Source: Stegostoma tigrinum
Lineage: Eukaryota
Length of the DNA: 64,000 nt
Assembly: GCF_030684315.1 (NCBI RefSeq)
Contig: NC_081363.1
Location: 69,300,517-69,364,516 of the forward strand
Direction: 5' to 3'
Numbering within the stretch: the stretch's first letter is position 1; each line of letters opens with the position of its first letter. The position numbers and the translations under genes were made by a program. The notes below the pieces were generated by a model. The model did not search any database. It was not told the DNA's origin and saw only the letters and a list, made by a program, of their open reading frames with translations. Below are positions 27,186-42,112 of the stretch, piece after piece.

Positions 27186-29021
27186 CTGTGGGCAAAAGAA
27201 CAAATTATTGACGTAATGAACAAATTGACATTAAGACTGTGTGCATAATGCTGCAAAGAGAAAACAGTGAGATAACAGAACCTCAGTTTTGAGTGGATGA
27301 GGAAGAAATAGGCATTTTCACGGTGTCATAATAAACTTACAGCTTTAACGTACAGGGAATCCCTGATCGACAAAAACATGATCTTATACAGGGGTTCACT
27401 TTTAAAGGTCCAACACATGACCATTTCTTGTACTTGTAAATGGTTAATTTATACCGTCCTGCATTTTGTTCAGAGTTCTGTGTAAACCGACTTGTGAATG
27501 AACTCAACAATGGAACCTAATGACTGCCTGTACATACCAGGAAGGTCTTGGAAATCCTGTATCGGTTGGGAATTAACAAAGTGCAGCACAATGGCAGGAG
27601 GACTGTTACGAATAGTGTTACTAGTTCGGAAGCATATGAAGGGGGGAGAGAGAGCGCGAGAGACAGACAGAGCCCGCGATCTACTGACTTGACTGGGATG
27701 ACATGTGCCAGTTACAATTAGCCTTATGTAAGATGCTGTTGTACCAAGGAATGTACATCAAGGTTAGTTTATTGGAGGCACTGGGTCGAATGAAGCCAGA
27801 ACATCTGGAATTACCTTCAGACAACATTAATTTGGTTACAAAACAACAAACAGATTTAAACTCAATGCCTGACTTATCGTAAACAAGACAATTGCCCAGG
27901 AGAAACTGGTGGTGAGCTGCCTTTTTGAACAGCTGCCATCCTTGGGAAAGAAGGACACCCACAGCACAGTCAGGGAGGCAATTTGCAGGTACCGGTGCTC
28001 CCATACAACTGCTGCCCTGGACTTTCTAAACGGTTGTGGATGTGAATTTGGAAGCTGCTGTCAAAGAAGTATTGGTGAATTACTGCACTATATCTTGGAG
28101 TATACACTGCTGCTACTGTGCATTAATGAAGAGAGTCAGTGGTGAAGGTGGTGGATAGGGTACCAATTAAATGGGGTGCTTTGTCCTGGGTGGTGTCAAG
28201 CTTAGAGTGTTGCTGGAGTTGCAATGAACTGGGCAAGTGGAGAGTATTTCAAAACACTCCAGACTCTGTCTTGTAGATGGGGTATAGACTTTGGAGACAG
28301 GACATGAGTTACTGACTGCAGAATTTCTCACCTCTGGCCTGTTCTTATCACCATAGTATTGATAAGACTGGTCCAGTTCAACTTCTGGTCAATGCTAAGT
28401 CTCAGGATATTGATAATGGGTGACTTAGTACTGGTAATGCCATCATGATGAACTATCAAGCGTAACAGTCAGTTTATCCCTTGCTGAACGAGGTCATTGC
28501 CTGGAACTTACCTTTGCCACTTGTGGTGTTTCCCTGGGTCTTGCTGGGGAAATGGAAAAGGAGTTCTCAAGTATCAAAGGAGCATAACTGGCATTGAACA
28601 TTTGGCAATCAGTGAACAGCGCCACTTCTGACCTTAGGGATAGAGCGAAAGCCACTGATGAAGCAGCTGAGGACAGCTAAGGCCTAGGACATTACTGCAA
28701 TGAATTCTTGAGATGTTCTGGGGTTGAGCATTTATACAATATTTTGTTATTTCACTGGATTTCACCAAATGTTTCACATCAATTTTTGAGTGAGGAGTCT
28801 CTTGTGTAAGAACGTCAGCTCTAATCTTGCATCTAAGAATCCATATAACAAGCGGAAATCCTTCAAATTAAAACTTCCTACAAAAACAGACTAGAACAGA
28901 ACAGATCTGTTAATTGGGTGTTTTTTCTGTGCCATAAATTGATATGATTTCAAACAATTAAAAAATAAAATGCCTAATGGCAGCATAGAAAAGACCACTG
29001 AAACCTGTTCAACAATTTCAT

Positions 29022-31184
29022 TGGGAACTGCAGATGCTGGAGAATCCGAGATAACAAGGTGTGGCGCTGGATGAACACAGCAGGCCAAGCAGCATCTTAG
29101 GAACACAAAAACTGATGTTCGAGCCTAGAACCTTCATCAGAAAAGGGGGATGGGGAGAGGGTTCTGAAATAAATAGGAAGAGAGGGGGAAGCGGATCAAA
29201 GGTGGATATAGGAGAAGATTAGGTGGAGAGGAGACAGACAAGTTAAAGAGGTGGGGACGGAGCCTGTAGAGGGGAGCGTAGGTAGGGAGGGAATAGGTCA
29301 GTCCGGGGAGGACAAACAGGACAGGACAAGGGGGCGAGATGAGGTTAGGAGATAGGAAATGGAGGTGCGGCTTGAGGTGGGAGGAGGGGAGGGTGAGAAG
29401 AAGAACTGGTTAGGGAAGTGGGGATGAACCGGGGGCGGGGGGTGGATTTTGAAGCTTGTGAAATCCACATTGATACCATTGGGCTGCAGGGTTCCCAAGC
29501 GAAATAGGAGTTGCTGTTCCTGCAACCTTTCAGGTGGCATCTCCTACAGGAGGCCCAGGACAAACAGGTCTTCTAAAGGAATAGGAGGGGCAGCTGAAAT
29601 GGTTTGTGTCTGGGAGGTGCAGTTGCTTAGTGGGAGCCGAGCGTAGGTATTCTGCAAAGCAGTCCCCAAGCCTCCGCTAGGTTTCCCCAATGTAGAGGAC
29701 GCCACAACAGGTACAGCGAATGCAGTATACCGCATCGGCAGATGTGCAGATGAACATCTGCTTGATGTGGAAAGTCATCTTGGAGCCTGGGATGTGGGTG
29801 AGGGAGGTGGTGTGGGGTCAAGTGCAGCACTTCCTGCGGTTGTAGGGGAAAGTGCTGGGTGTGGTAGGGTTGGAGGGGAGTGTGAAATGGACAAGGGAAT
29901 CCCGGAGAGAGTGGTCTTTCTGGAAGGCAGATAAGGGTGGGGATGGAAAAATGTCTTTGGTGGGGAGGTCGGATTGTTGATGGCAGAAGTGTCGGAGGAT
30001 GATGTGTTGTATCCAGAGGTTGGTGGGGTGGTATGTGAGGACAAGGGGGATACTCTTTTGGCAGTTATTGCGGGGATGGGGCGTGAGGGGTGAGATGCGG
30101 GAAACGTGGGAGACATGGTCGAGAATGTTCTCGACCACTGTTGGGGAGGGGGGTGGGGGCCAGTGGAGTTGCAGTCCTTGAAGAATGAGGACATCTGGGA
30201 TGTTCGGGACTGGAATGCCTCATCCTGGAAGCAGACGCAGCAGAGACGAAGGAATTGGGAATAGGGGATGGAATTTTTGCAGAAAGGTGGGTGGGAGGAG
30301 GTGTATTCTAAGTAGTTGTGGGAGTTGGTGGGCTTGAAATGGATATCAGTTTCTAGTTGGTTGCATGAGATGGAGACAGAGAGGTCCAAAAAGGTGAGGG
30401 TGGTGTTGGAGATGGTCCAGGTGAGCTTGAGGTTGGGGTGAAAGGTGTTGAAGTGGATGAACAGTTCAAGCTCCTCTTGGGAGCACAAGGCGGCGCCGAT
30501 ACAGGCACCAATGTAATGGAGGAAGAGGTGGGGTTTAGGGCCAGTGTAGGTACGGAAGAGGGATTGCTCCATGTAGTCTACAAAGGGGCAGGCATAGCTT
30601 GGGCCCATGCGGGTACCCATGGCTACCCCCTTTGTCTGTAGGAAGTGGGAGGAATTGAAAGAGAAGTTGTTGAGGATGAGGATGAGTTCGGCTAGGCGGA
30701 TGAGGGTGTCGGTGGAGGGGGACCGGTCGGGCCTGCGGGTCAGGAAGAAGCGGAGGTCCTTTAAGCCATCTGCATGGGGAATGCAGGTATATACAGACTG
30801 GACGTCCATGGTGAAAGTGAGGTTTTGGGGACCAGGGAATTGGAAGTTCTGGAGGAGGTGGAGGGTGTGGGTGATGTCATAGACATAGGTAGGGAGTTCC
30901 TGGACGAAGGGGGAGAAAATGGAGTCCAGATATGTGGAGATGAGTTCAGTGGGGCAGGTGCAGGCAGACACAATAGGTCGACTAGAGCAGGCAGGTTTGT
31001 GGATTTTGGGAAGGAGATAGAAGCGGGTGGTGCGGGGTTGGGGAACAATGAGGTTGGAGGCTGTGGGTGGGAGGTCACCTGAGGTGATGAGGTTATGGAT
31101 GGTTTTAGTGCTTGGGGGTAGGGTCATGATCGGGGGCGGTAGGAGGTGGTATCAGTGAGTTGGCGTCTGGCCTCAGCAATGTAA
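29022..31184 (-). mobile_element. 5'-truncated, decayed Penelope-like retroelement (RT, GIY-YIG endonuclease, 3' pLTR with degenerate hammerhead) in EIF2S1 intron 4
   Basis: ORF 29775..31127 has YLLPKIHK, RPIVS, MDV.S.YT.IP, GVAMGTRMGPSYA, FLDL and SSHP motifs; downstream frame reads VYCIRC...LYIGET (GIY-YIG); YIDD is mutated to YIGA; frameshifted. Confidence 0.93.
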
Positions 31185-32554
31185 TGTTTGACTTACATGA
31201 CAAATTAATTTACTCCTGTTCTTTTAGCATTGCAGGGAGCTGGTTAGGCTGATGGCTAGATGGCAGAGACATGCAACATTGTGGATTCAATTCCCATACC
31301 AGCTGGGGTTACCATGAAGGGCTCTCCTTCTCAACATCAGCCCTTGCCCGAGACATGGTGACCCTTGGGTTAAACCACCACCAGTTATCTTTGTCTAATA
31401 ACAGTGCTGTCTACGATCTGGTAAGGCTATGGAGACTTTACCCTTTTAAATGCTGCATATTAATTTATTTCAGTTAGTTTGCTGTATAGTAGTTTTAAGA
31501 TACAAGTATTATTGAATGTCACCTGTTTTAATACGAATTTAAATTCTAAAATGACACACAAAATCAATTTAATTCAAAATACTAGATACTGGGGATGGGT
31601 AAGGATGAGCTACATAGGAGTGCTGAAATAGAAGTTTAATTTCAGGTCTAGCATTGAAGAAATGTTTCAATCTGTAAAGTGGTAAAATACAAACTGCTAA
31701 TGACACTTGGATACAATGTGTTTTTGGATGTATTGAAACATTTTGAAAAGCTAAGCTATTGCATAAATACTATTTACATTTATTGAATGGAGAGTTGGTA
31801 TCACTAGTAAGGCTTGCATTTGTTACCCATCCTTAATTGCGTACACAGCTTAGTTCTCCATGGCTTTCCAGAGGGCAGTTAAGGACCAATAATATTGCAG
31901 TGGGTCTGGAGTCACATGTAGGCCAAAGCAGGTAAGGTACAAAAAGTGAACCAGACAGGACAATAGTTAAATGGGTACCAATAAGCTGGCTTTGATTTCA
32001 GATTTTATTCAATTCAAATTTCACTATCTGCAATGCTGTCATTTGAACTGCTGTCCCCAAGACAGCAGTCCTGGGACCTGGATTACCAGCCTTGTGACAT
32101 TACCAGGACGCCAGCACATTCTCCAACTACGTGTGTTAACGTCTGCAAATGTAGCTAGAAAAGGAACATTCATTTTAAAATTCTCCAATTTAATTGCATC
32201 CTGTCAGCAAAGAATGGAACTGCTGCCATCAAGTGGCAACCAAGTTGCTTTTAGATGAGCTAACAACTGAATTAGATTTCCTTGGTACAATGCAATGTTA
32301 ATAGGATACATGCTTATCCAATTAAATTTTTGAGCTTCAGGAAAAATCATGATACCTCATTCAGCTGAGAACAGTGCTTCCCAACAGCAAACCATAATAC
32401 AGATAACAGGGCTGCTCTTGGTAAGGGTTTAGCCCGGTGCCCTTAAATGCACTCAGTTGGCTGCAAACTAAGTTCTGTACTATAAATTCAGTTCATGAGG
32501 AACTTCTGCAAGTCTCCCACCACTTCAATGAAGTACAAATGAATTATTTCTTAC

Positions 32555-32706
32555 GAAACTGCATGTTTAAATGCATCATAAGCTCCATATCCAGGCCTCT
32601 TGTACTTCTCATCAAAGACCCAGGCAGTTCTCTGAAACAGACTATCCAGCTGCTCATCTTTAGTATATTCGAGCACCTCTGCCACATGTCGCAAAATGCT
32701 ATATAC
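32555..32706 (-). CDS. EIF2S1: eIF2-alpha exon 4 ([51 protein letters not shown])
   Basis: Hand translation of the reverse complement (not in ORF track); ACAG acceptor, GTAAG donor; 152 bp. Confidence 0.97.
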
Positions 32707-33105
32707 CTGTTGAAAAGAAGTAAACACAAGTGCGTCTTAATTCTTAGGCAAGATGATTCATTAGAATCATTGACCACTGTTTGAAAGATATCAAAGTGCA
32801 TTACAGTAATGAATTCCTACTTAAGTGCAAATAGAGCTTTGTAGAAAGTGAAGAACAGCAACCAATCTGTGATAATTGTTGGGACCACCAGAATTCCCTG
32901 TGCTTCTTACATCATTGCCCTGAATTTGTGTCTACAAATAGAAATCTGACAAACAAGAAACATCCCACATGAAAGACATATTCATCAACACAAAAGTGAT
33001 ACAGATTTAAAATAATCCATCAGTGTATGATCCCTAGAAAAGGCTGTCACATTTAGCGTTTACTTATCATACACTGAAAAATGTTTTTTTTACAACTTTA
33101 AGACT

Positions 33106-33516
33106 CAATGGTATCAATGTGGATTTCACCAGCTTCAAAATCTCCCCTCCCCCCACTGCATCCCAAGACTAGCCCAGCCCACCTGCCTAACCTGTTCTTC
33201 CTCTCACCTATCCCCTCCTCCCACCTCAAGCCGCACCTTCATTTCCTACCTACCAATCTCATCCTGCCCCCTTGGCCTGTCCGTCCTCCCTGGACTGACC
33301 TATCTCCTCCCTATCTCCCCACCAATACTCTCCTCCCCACCTATCATCTCCTCTATCCATCTTCGATCCACCTTCCCCTTGCTCCCTATTTATTTCAGAA
33401 TCCTCTCCCCATCCCCCTTTTCTGATGAAGGGTCTAGACCCGAAATGTCAGCTTTTGTGCTCTTAAGATGCTGCTTGGCCTGCTGTGTTCATCCAGCCCC
33501 ACACTTTGTTATCTTG
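33106..33516 (+). mobile_element. 3' fragment and pLTR of the same Penelope-like family, with hammerhead motif at 33422-33449
   Basis: Similar to the reverse complement of 29045-29482; contains CTGATGA-A-GGGTC-TA-GACCC-GAAA-TGTC. Confidence 0.88.
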
Positions 33517-36500
33517 CAAGGATCATGATGTCCCTTTGAGATAATATGAGTTTCTTTGCCGTACTACTCACTGCTTACACTATTACTTAACAAGATACCA
33601 CACAGCAAAAGCAAACAACTTGAGATATGAGAGTTCACATATGAGAAGACTGGTACTACTAATATTGCTAATACGTACACACACCAAAACATTTCTAGCA
33701 GGTTTGATTCCACATTTTAACTCAAAGGCTGGAATGCAACCAAATCAGACAAGCTGACATTTCAAGACATCTACATCATTATAGTTAGAGGGACTGTCAA
33801 TGGATCTCTGCAGCCAGAGACCAGTATTTGGGAAGTCTATTCTGGGCTGGACAGAAATTTGCAGTGGGAAGGGGAGGATCCAGTTCTTGTTATCGATGGA
33901 TGTACCAATGGCATTGAGGGGACAAGAAAAAAAGCGTCTGCTTACCATGCATGCGCAGTTAGGGGCTAAGTTAACAAGCCAAACCCAAATGTGGTAATAT
34001 GGGCCACAAGTGAATTCGAGTAGGGTAAGTAAGACTGGAATGTTGCAAGCATGGCTGGATAACTAGTGTGGAAGAAACAGGTTTTGATTCGTGCAGCACT
34101 GGTACAAGTGCTTTGGTGAAAGAGAGTTGTACATTGGGATGGTCTTCACCTTAACTATGCTGGAACCCTGGTTTTGACCAGAGATATAACTAGGGCAAAT
34201 CAAGAGGGTTTTTAACCAAATGATACTCGCTCGTGAGGGAAGAGGAGATAAATAAAGACAGGACAAGCAAAAGGGCAAGGCAGCAGTAAAGGAAATGTTA
34301 ATCAGCAAAAAACAGACAAAGCATACCAACACCAACAGATAAGGCTATGTGGCAAAAAAAACAAACTAAAAGGCGTGGTATGTGAATGTGCACAGCAGTT
34401 GTAATGAACAGACGAAGTGACAATTCAATGCAGAAACAATAAACCAACAACACAAACAGAAACAAATAAGAGTGCTCTGGTAGCTATTTGAGAAAAATGA
34501 CTTCAAGATTTTAAACTATAAACAGAATGGACAAATCAAATTGACTGTGTTCTTTCATCTTTGTCAATAGGGGATGCAGTTCTGAAGGGGGTGAACAGCA
34601 GAGGGACCCAGATGCACAGATCATTGAAGGTGGAAGGGCAGGTGGATACAGCAGTTAATAAAACAGTGTCCTCAGCTTTCTTTAGAGGGGCATAATGCAC
34701 ACGAGCAAGGTGATATGAAACTTGTAGAAGACATTTTTTAGACCTCAGCTGCAGTTGTGGTGCCACATCACTGGAAAGATGTCAATGCATCAGAGAGTAC
34801 AGAAGTAATCTATAAAAATGGTTCCAAGAATGAGAACCTTCAGTCATGAGGACAGATTGAACAAGTTGGACGTGTTCCCCTAAGAGGGAAAAAGGTTGAG
34901 AGGAGATTTGACAAAGATTTACAGTATTAAACAAGCTGGATAGATTACACAGACAGAAGTTGTTCCCACTCAAAAAAAAATAAATGAGGGAACAGAGATT
35001 TAAAGAGACGTGTAAGAGAAGCAAGTGATGATTAAAAAAAAAAGTTTTACACACAAGTAGTTAGGGTTGAGTGAAATGCCTGGAAGTGCAGTGAAGGCGG
35101 TTCAGTTGAGGCATTCAAGAGGGCATTTGATGATTGTTTACAGAGAAATAATGTTGCAAGGGTCTAAGGAAAAAGCAGGAAATTGGCACTAGTTAATGAC
35201 ATTTTGTTTGATGGGCCAATACAGTTAGAATGGGTTGAACGGATTCCTTCTGCACTGGAACAATTCTGAGATTCTATAAAAACATCAAATGATGATTAAA
35301 TAAGCAGTTTCTGAAAGCAGCATATTTCAATGCCTGCTGGTGGTTAGGTAAACTCTAGACCAGCTAATGTGGAACAAGGCAGGGTTAATAATCACTCAAA
35401 GCAAAGGCACCTCTAGCTAGCAGTATCATAGCATGGCTGAACTTCATGTTCAGTTGAGGCAGAGAAGGCTGGGCTAAGAACTATTTTGAACTTAGGCAGT
35501 TAGCAATTATGAGGATAGAACTGGCTAAAGTGAACTGGGGAACTAGTTTAAGCCATATGTTAGGACAGCTGCAGTCAAAAATTAAAAAGATATTTAATAA
35601 CACTCCAGTGTTAATATTCCAGTGAAAAAGAAAATTTGGCAAAGATTGCACCATTCACGGCTAAGTAAGGAGGTTAAAGATTGCATCTAATTGAAAGAAA
35701 AGGCATGTAATATTGTGAAAATTAGTGATAGGTTTAAAAAAAATGGATAAAATACAGAAAACACTGAAAAAAGCAATTCAAAATAGGCATAGAATGAGAA
35801 GATAGCTTGAAATATAAAAGCAGAAGGGCCAGAAATTACAGTCAAAGTTGAGAACCCTCTATCCAAACTTGAATAGATTAAAAAAGTTACCCACTTTCCA
35901 TTGGAGCACAAGTACAAGAGAGACTCCTAGACAAGGGCTCCCTATTCTGAACGTGTCCAGGAACCCAACAGCACAGCAGATTTTATAGAAACTAGGACTC
36001 TTTTGCAACAGTGTGCCATGATCTGATTTAAATCTCCAGCTGCAGAGCGACCCACTTGAAAAGCTCATGCGAAAAGATAATCATGTAAGGCAAGCGAGGA
36101 AACTGGAGCGCCAAGTACACGAGACAGGCGGGTGTAGGAATGCTTAAGGTAGATTGCGGGTCAGGCCAGGGCAGGCACTGTCAGGCTGGGTCGCAGAGGG
36201 GATATTCAGTTTGAGATTTATCCAGGAGTCAGCTGAGAGGGGAATTCTGCATGATCTCAATCTGCGCTGCTGTGACAACACTAGCCATTGAAATATCTTG
36301 GCTGAATGTTAAGAGTCTCTACATGTATTTGCAAAGGAAAGGAAAGTTGGTCCTTCAGAAAATGTATATGGGGTATTAATAATGGAAAATAAGAAACTGG
36401 TTGACAAAGAAAACAGACATTTTGCATCGGTCTTCACTAAGCAGGATACAAACAACCTCCCAGAAATAAATGTAAAGTTAAAATAAGTGCCTAATAATTT

Positions 36501-37695
36501 GACAAATGGCAAAATGAGAAGTTGTCTACTTTACCACGAAGAACAGAAAAACAGCATATTATTTAAGTGGAGAAAGATTGCAGAACTCTGGGTGGCCCTG
36601 TACATGATTCTCAAGTTAATGGCGCAAGATAAACTATATTTTTTATTGCAAAAGAGATGCAATATAGAAGTAGGAATGACCTATTGTGCAGGCATTGGTG
36701 AGGCCAGTACTGTTTATACTTTTGAACTCTGAATTTATGCACTAGCAGTTCAGATAAGGTTCACTCAACTGACACCTGGTATGAGTGACTTATCTTAAGA
36801 GAAAGCAATGGACCCGAATTATAAGAATTTAGATAAGAGATGATTCTATTGAAGTATAATACCCCTGAGGAAAAAGGATAGGATGGATGCTGTAACAAAA
36901 ATTTCCCCTTGTGAGAAAGACTAAAAGTAGGTGATGGAATTTAAAAGGCAGGGGCCTCAGATTTGAGATAGAGATTAGATTGTTTTTCTCCTTGGAGCAT
37001 TCAGAGTCATGACCTTCCTTTGCCAGATTGCACTAGAGATGGCTAAGTGAATACTTTTAAGGCACAGATTGATAGTTAAGAATTTAACAATAGTTAATGG
37101 ATATGGATAGTAGACAGGAAATCTCACATTATCTTCATGAATGACAGATCAAGCTCAAGAGGCAAAATTCTTAATATTTATATGATCAACAGCTAGGTAA
37201 ACTTTTTTTGGTCCCAATTCCCTTCTGGCAAGATAATGATGGAAACCAGCTCCAGCACACCACTTACCCACTCACACACCCACCCACCAAAAGGCTAAAA
37301 ATGAATGCAGACTGTTTACATCAGCTATGATTATTGGGCATGTTAAACACTAACAGTTTAACATGCCTGAATTTCTATTACCAAAAGAACAGTGGAGACA
37401 TAAAAATATGTTATGTGAGAGAAAAAACTTGCACAGCAAAACCTTTACCTTCATTGTCACATTAACAGACTCAAGGCACATGTCCACAAAAATGTATATA
37501 TACACACACAAGTTATGCATTGGCATCTGCAGTTCATGCAATGCCACTGGCTTGCTGCCACAAAATCCTGAACAAAAACACATTCTAAATGCCTGACTAG
37601 AAAAAGGTAACATACTGAACTCAGATGGCAGTGCTGAGGAGCCCATCACTATAATTCTAAATTCATTCATGCAATGTATTAAATACATACTTTTA

Positions 37696-37866
<171 letters not shown>

Positions 37867-39340
37867 CTAAAACATTCCATTACGTAGGTAAGGTATCTAA
37901 ACAGTTTAAGGAAAATAAAACTAGGATGCCATCATGTTTCCAAGTTGTGTAGCTGAAATAACCCTTCACTTCATTACATACATCAAATGAACTGAACACT
38001 AAAGCAAGAGCACTAAGGCTCTCAACAACAATAAATTCACATTTATGAGAAATCTTCAATTTAATAAAACATCTAAAAGCATTTAGGAACATTAATGAAG
38101 AAAATGTGACATCACATAAGATCTCAGAACTGTTGCAAAAGGGCTAAATAATTGCCTTAAAAAAAGGAGAGCGATCTAGACAGTCAGTGAGCATTAAGGA
38201 GGGAATTCCAGGGTATCTGTAGGCGAGACCACAATTAAAAGCAATTAAATATCAAGCAGGCAGAATGCCAGTATTGGGAAATATGTTGAGTTCTTGGATT
38301 TGTGGGTTTGGAAGATTTACAGAGATAGACAGAGTGCAGACATAGAATACAGGATTAAGAATGAAAATTTAATTAAAACAAAAAATGCTTTGCCAGCCTG
38401 GAAGCCAAAAAAAGGTAAGCGCAAAGGTGACAGAGGAACAAGATTTGATGCAACTGGTGTTAGGGAGACCAGACAGGAAAACACTAGTAGAAATATTAAA
38501 ATGCATGAATGATGGTTTCAGCAAACAAGTTGAAACAGGACCACAGACCATTATGGAAGTGAAAGCTGCCAGCCTTGTGTTAGGGACCAAGTGAATGGGT
38601 GGAAGTTTATCTTAGAGTTGAACATGTCGTCCAGTTTATTACAAGTCCTCTCTACCATTAAGTGGAGAGATCGAGTCAGTAGTTAGGGAAATGGACTTTT
38701 CAGAATGGGCTGATAAGAATGACTCAGATTCACCACATAGATAAATAAGACAAACTATCACAAGTTGCAATTCACACAGGACATTTGTACATTAATCAAA
38801 AAATGAAAATACTCCATTCAATTTTGATTTGGGAATTTATCAAGGATGGCCAGATCATATTTCAAATGTTAATTTGCTTTGTGGTCCAAACATGTTCCTA
38901 AGTAAATATGGGAACAGGCACAAGCAGCTGATATTATGTAAAATAACTGATTTATTTAGACCTCTCTCATCACAGCCTAACAAGCAATTTATTTTGAAGT
39001 AGGCACAAAAGACCAATGTACACAGAAACATGCTTGCTAGAATTGCCAGGAGATAAACATGATCTATAAGAACATTCCTGCTCTTCTCCCAAAACTATTG
39101 GAGCCGAAATATCTACAAGAGAGCAGCTGGGGCCATCATTTAAAGATTGATCCAAATTGCAATGAAACACTGCACCAGGACTCTAGACTTTGACCTCAAG
39201 CTCCCCAGTGGGTTTTGAACCCTCACCAGATGCCTCAGAAGAAAAAGCACAACCAGTGTGTCAGAGACTAGTAAACAAAAAGAATGAACTACTGCTGACG
39301 TCCCAGTTATCATCTTGATGGTGAGCCATTCCTGAATCTA

Positions 39341-39682
<342 letters not shown>

Positions 39683-40005
39683 TTATCGCTAGACTGCGTA
39701 AAAATGTGCAGAACCAACAGAATTGTAAAAGAATAATCGAGGAGAGGATAAAACAATAAGAGATCTTAAAAACCCACCACGCAATTTCAGTTTAACTGTA
39801 CATATAGCTCATTTCAGCCTGGTAACTTCAAGTGAACAAAAAAAGGGAGACCAACACCCAACAATATTAAAAAAATTTCTTTAATTCAGAAGATCATTGC
39901 AGAATGCTTTAGATTCCAGAGAATGTGCTTTTTGAAATGTTGAAGTAATGTATAAAAGCATAAAACAAAATTTTCTTTTAGTTAATCCAGTTACTTCAGG
40001 AAGTT

Positions 40006-40094
40006 TGAGATAACAAGGTATACAGCTAGATGAACACTGCAGACCAAGCAGCATCAGACGAGCAGGAAGGCTGACGTTTCGGGTCTAGACCCTT
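40006..40094 (-). mobile_element. Single-arm Penelope pLTR fragment
   Basis: Same sequence family; ends within the hammerhead (GACGTTTCGGGTCTAGACCCTT). Confidence 0.78.
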
Positions 40095-41699
40095 GTTTAC
40101 AACTCTGCTGAATACTTCTGGATGGTGTTCAGAATTACTTCATATTAAGGAATGGCACAGAATATATGTTTAAAATATGCTGGCATCCCACTTCCATGAA
40201 GTGGGATGAGTTCAATCAGTAGGAAGTTGAGCTAAACAAACCAGAAAGAAACCAATCATTGGCTGATCAAAGCATAAAAGCACATCATGTCCTACAATTT
40301 GTATAGGTAGAAGCTGGTTTTTTTTGAACATGCACCATCTCTGGTGGATGCAGAATACAGGATTTAGAGGCCTAGTTGAAAAATTAGATCATAAAAACTT
40401 AGGAGTGAAATCTGGAAACATTTCCAAACACAAAGTGGCAGAAATTGAGAAAATTTGGAAATTGGTGCGCAATCAAATATGCATGTTAAAATGGGAACTG
40501 ACAGACTTTTGTTCATCAAAAGTGTTAAGGGAGGTGAGGCAAAGGCAGGAAATAGATCACAGATCAACCATGATCTCAATGACTGGTGAAAAATGATCAA
40601 GAAGCCTCTTCCTGGTTGTATCAACATATATGGATCAGACAGAGCAATGTGCTGTCTGCTCAGTGCAAAATAATGGGATTTGTACGATGAAACGTGTAGT
40701 TCATATAAATATTAAATTCTGGGACTTTGATTTCAAAACAGAAACAGGGTCAGTTCTGTGAACATAATCATTTTAAAAAGGGCAAAAAACTCATTTGGAT
40801 TAGCAGCTAGATAAATGAATTAAGGCAACGTGTGACTTTAATCAAGTGCCTGACAGAATCCCTGTGATGTTAATAGATGAAACATTTATACTGTTGTGTT
40901 TACAACTAACCAGAAAGCCATCAGTTTTAGTTTTTGAGTTCAGTTCAAAACAGAAAACAATTTCTCTAAAGGTGGAGAATCAAGCTTTTCGTTCAAGGAA
41001 ACAATCACTATAGCTGAAGAATTTAGTGTGTGGTGCTTCCAATTGAGAAGAGCTTGGATAGAAATTTCCAAGTTGATAGAACAGAAAAAGTTTAGGTTAT
41101 CACAACTGGGAGCAATTCATGTCAGTAAAACTATAAAACTTCCCCTATGATCTGAGGGAAAGAATTTAGGAGGAGTTAGTTAAATAACAACTTAAGATTT
41201 GAGATAACAGTGAAATTTCAGCTGATTCTATCGATATAGTACTGAAGCTTGAATATTGTACATTGCACTGACTAGTGTTTTTACGTGAAATTTCTTTGTT
41301 AATGGTGAGGGAAAGAGTTAGAGAGAATTTGGAACCACAGGAATTTACCTATGAAGGTGTGTTTTCATGACCTAGCTTACTGCTAGAATAATTGAAAATC
41401 ATCCCATTAGTTACACTTATCCTCAAAATCTCATCTCTTCTAATACTTTTCCCTTCCATTAAAAGATGCACTGGCTTCTGCTTTCACTGCTCTGTGTCAG
41501 AGCAGGGCAAGTTCCTGCAAGTTTATCCTAACTTGCCGAACTCATTTCAATTGATGTCCTCCTACAACTGACCCAGATTTTAAAACAGCTGTTGGCCAAA
41601 TTGCCTCGCAACCCTTCATAATTTTAACCTCTTAGTCTTCTCTTGCTCAGTGGAAATGTTTCTGAACTCTCAAGCCTAAATTCTCAAAAAGATGAACAC

Positions 41700-42112
41700 C
41701 AAATCATGAGGTCACAGAATGAAACAGAGCAGAAGAGACTGTTCAACCCATCGAGCCTGAACCAATACTGGCGGTTAGCCCACAGTCTTGAACGTTCTGA
41801 CATGCCAAGTACTGAACCATGTACTTGTTATAGCATGGAGGCAATTTGTCTCTACCACCTTCCAAAGAGGCACATTCCAGACTGTCACCACCCTATGGAT
41901 AAAAGATTTTTTCCACATATCTCTCAAACCTTCTGCCCTCACCACTGACCCTCCAACTAAGGGGAACAGTGGTTCCTTATCCACTATATCCATGCCCTTC
42001 ATAATCCTGTACACGTCAATGAGATCGCCCTTTAGTCTTCTCTGCTCCAATGAAAACCCAAGCCTATCCAACCTTTCCTCATAATTCAAGCTTTCTGGCC
42101 CACAAGGCCAGT
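41700..42112 (-). mobile_element. CR1-type LINE 3' fragment
   Basis: LNYEERLDRLG.SLEQRRLKGDLI.VY.IMKG...F..RVV.VWN. Confidence 0.85.

Noticed and set aside
29999-31082. Plus-strand ORFs over the Penelope element
   Set aside because: Antisense shadow frames of the RT coding sequence
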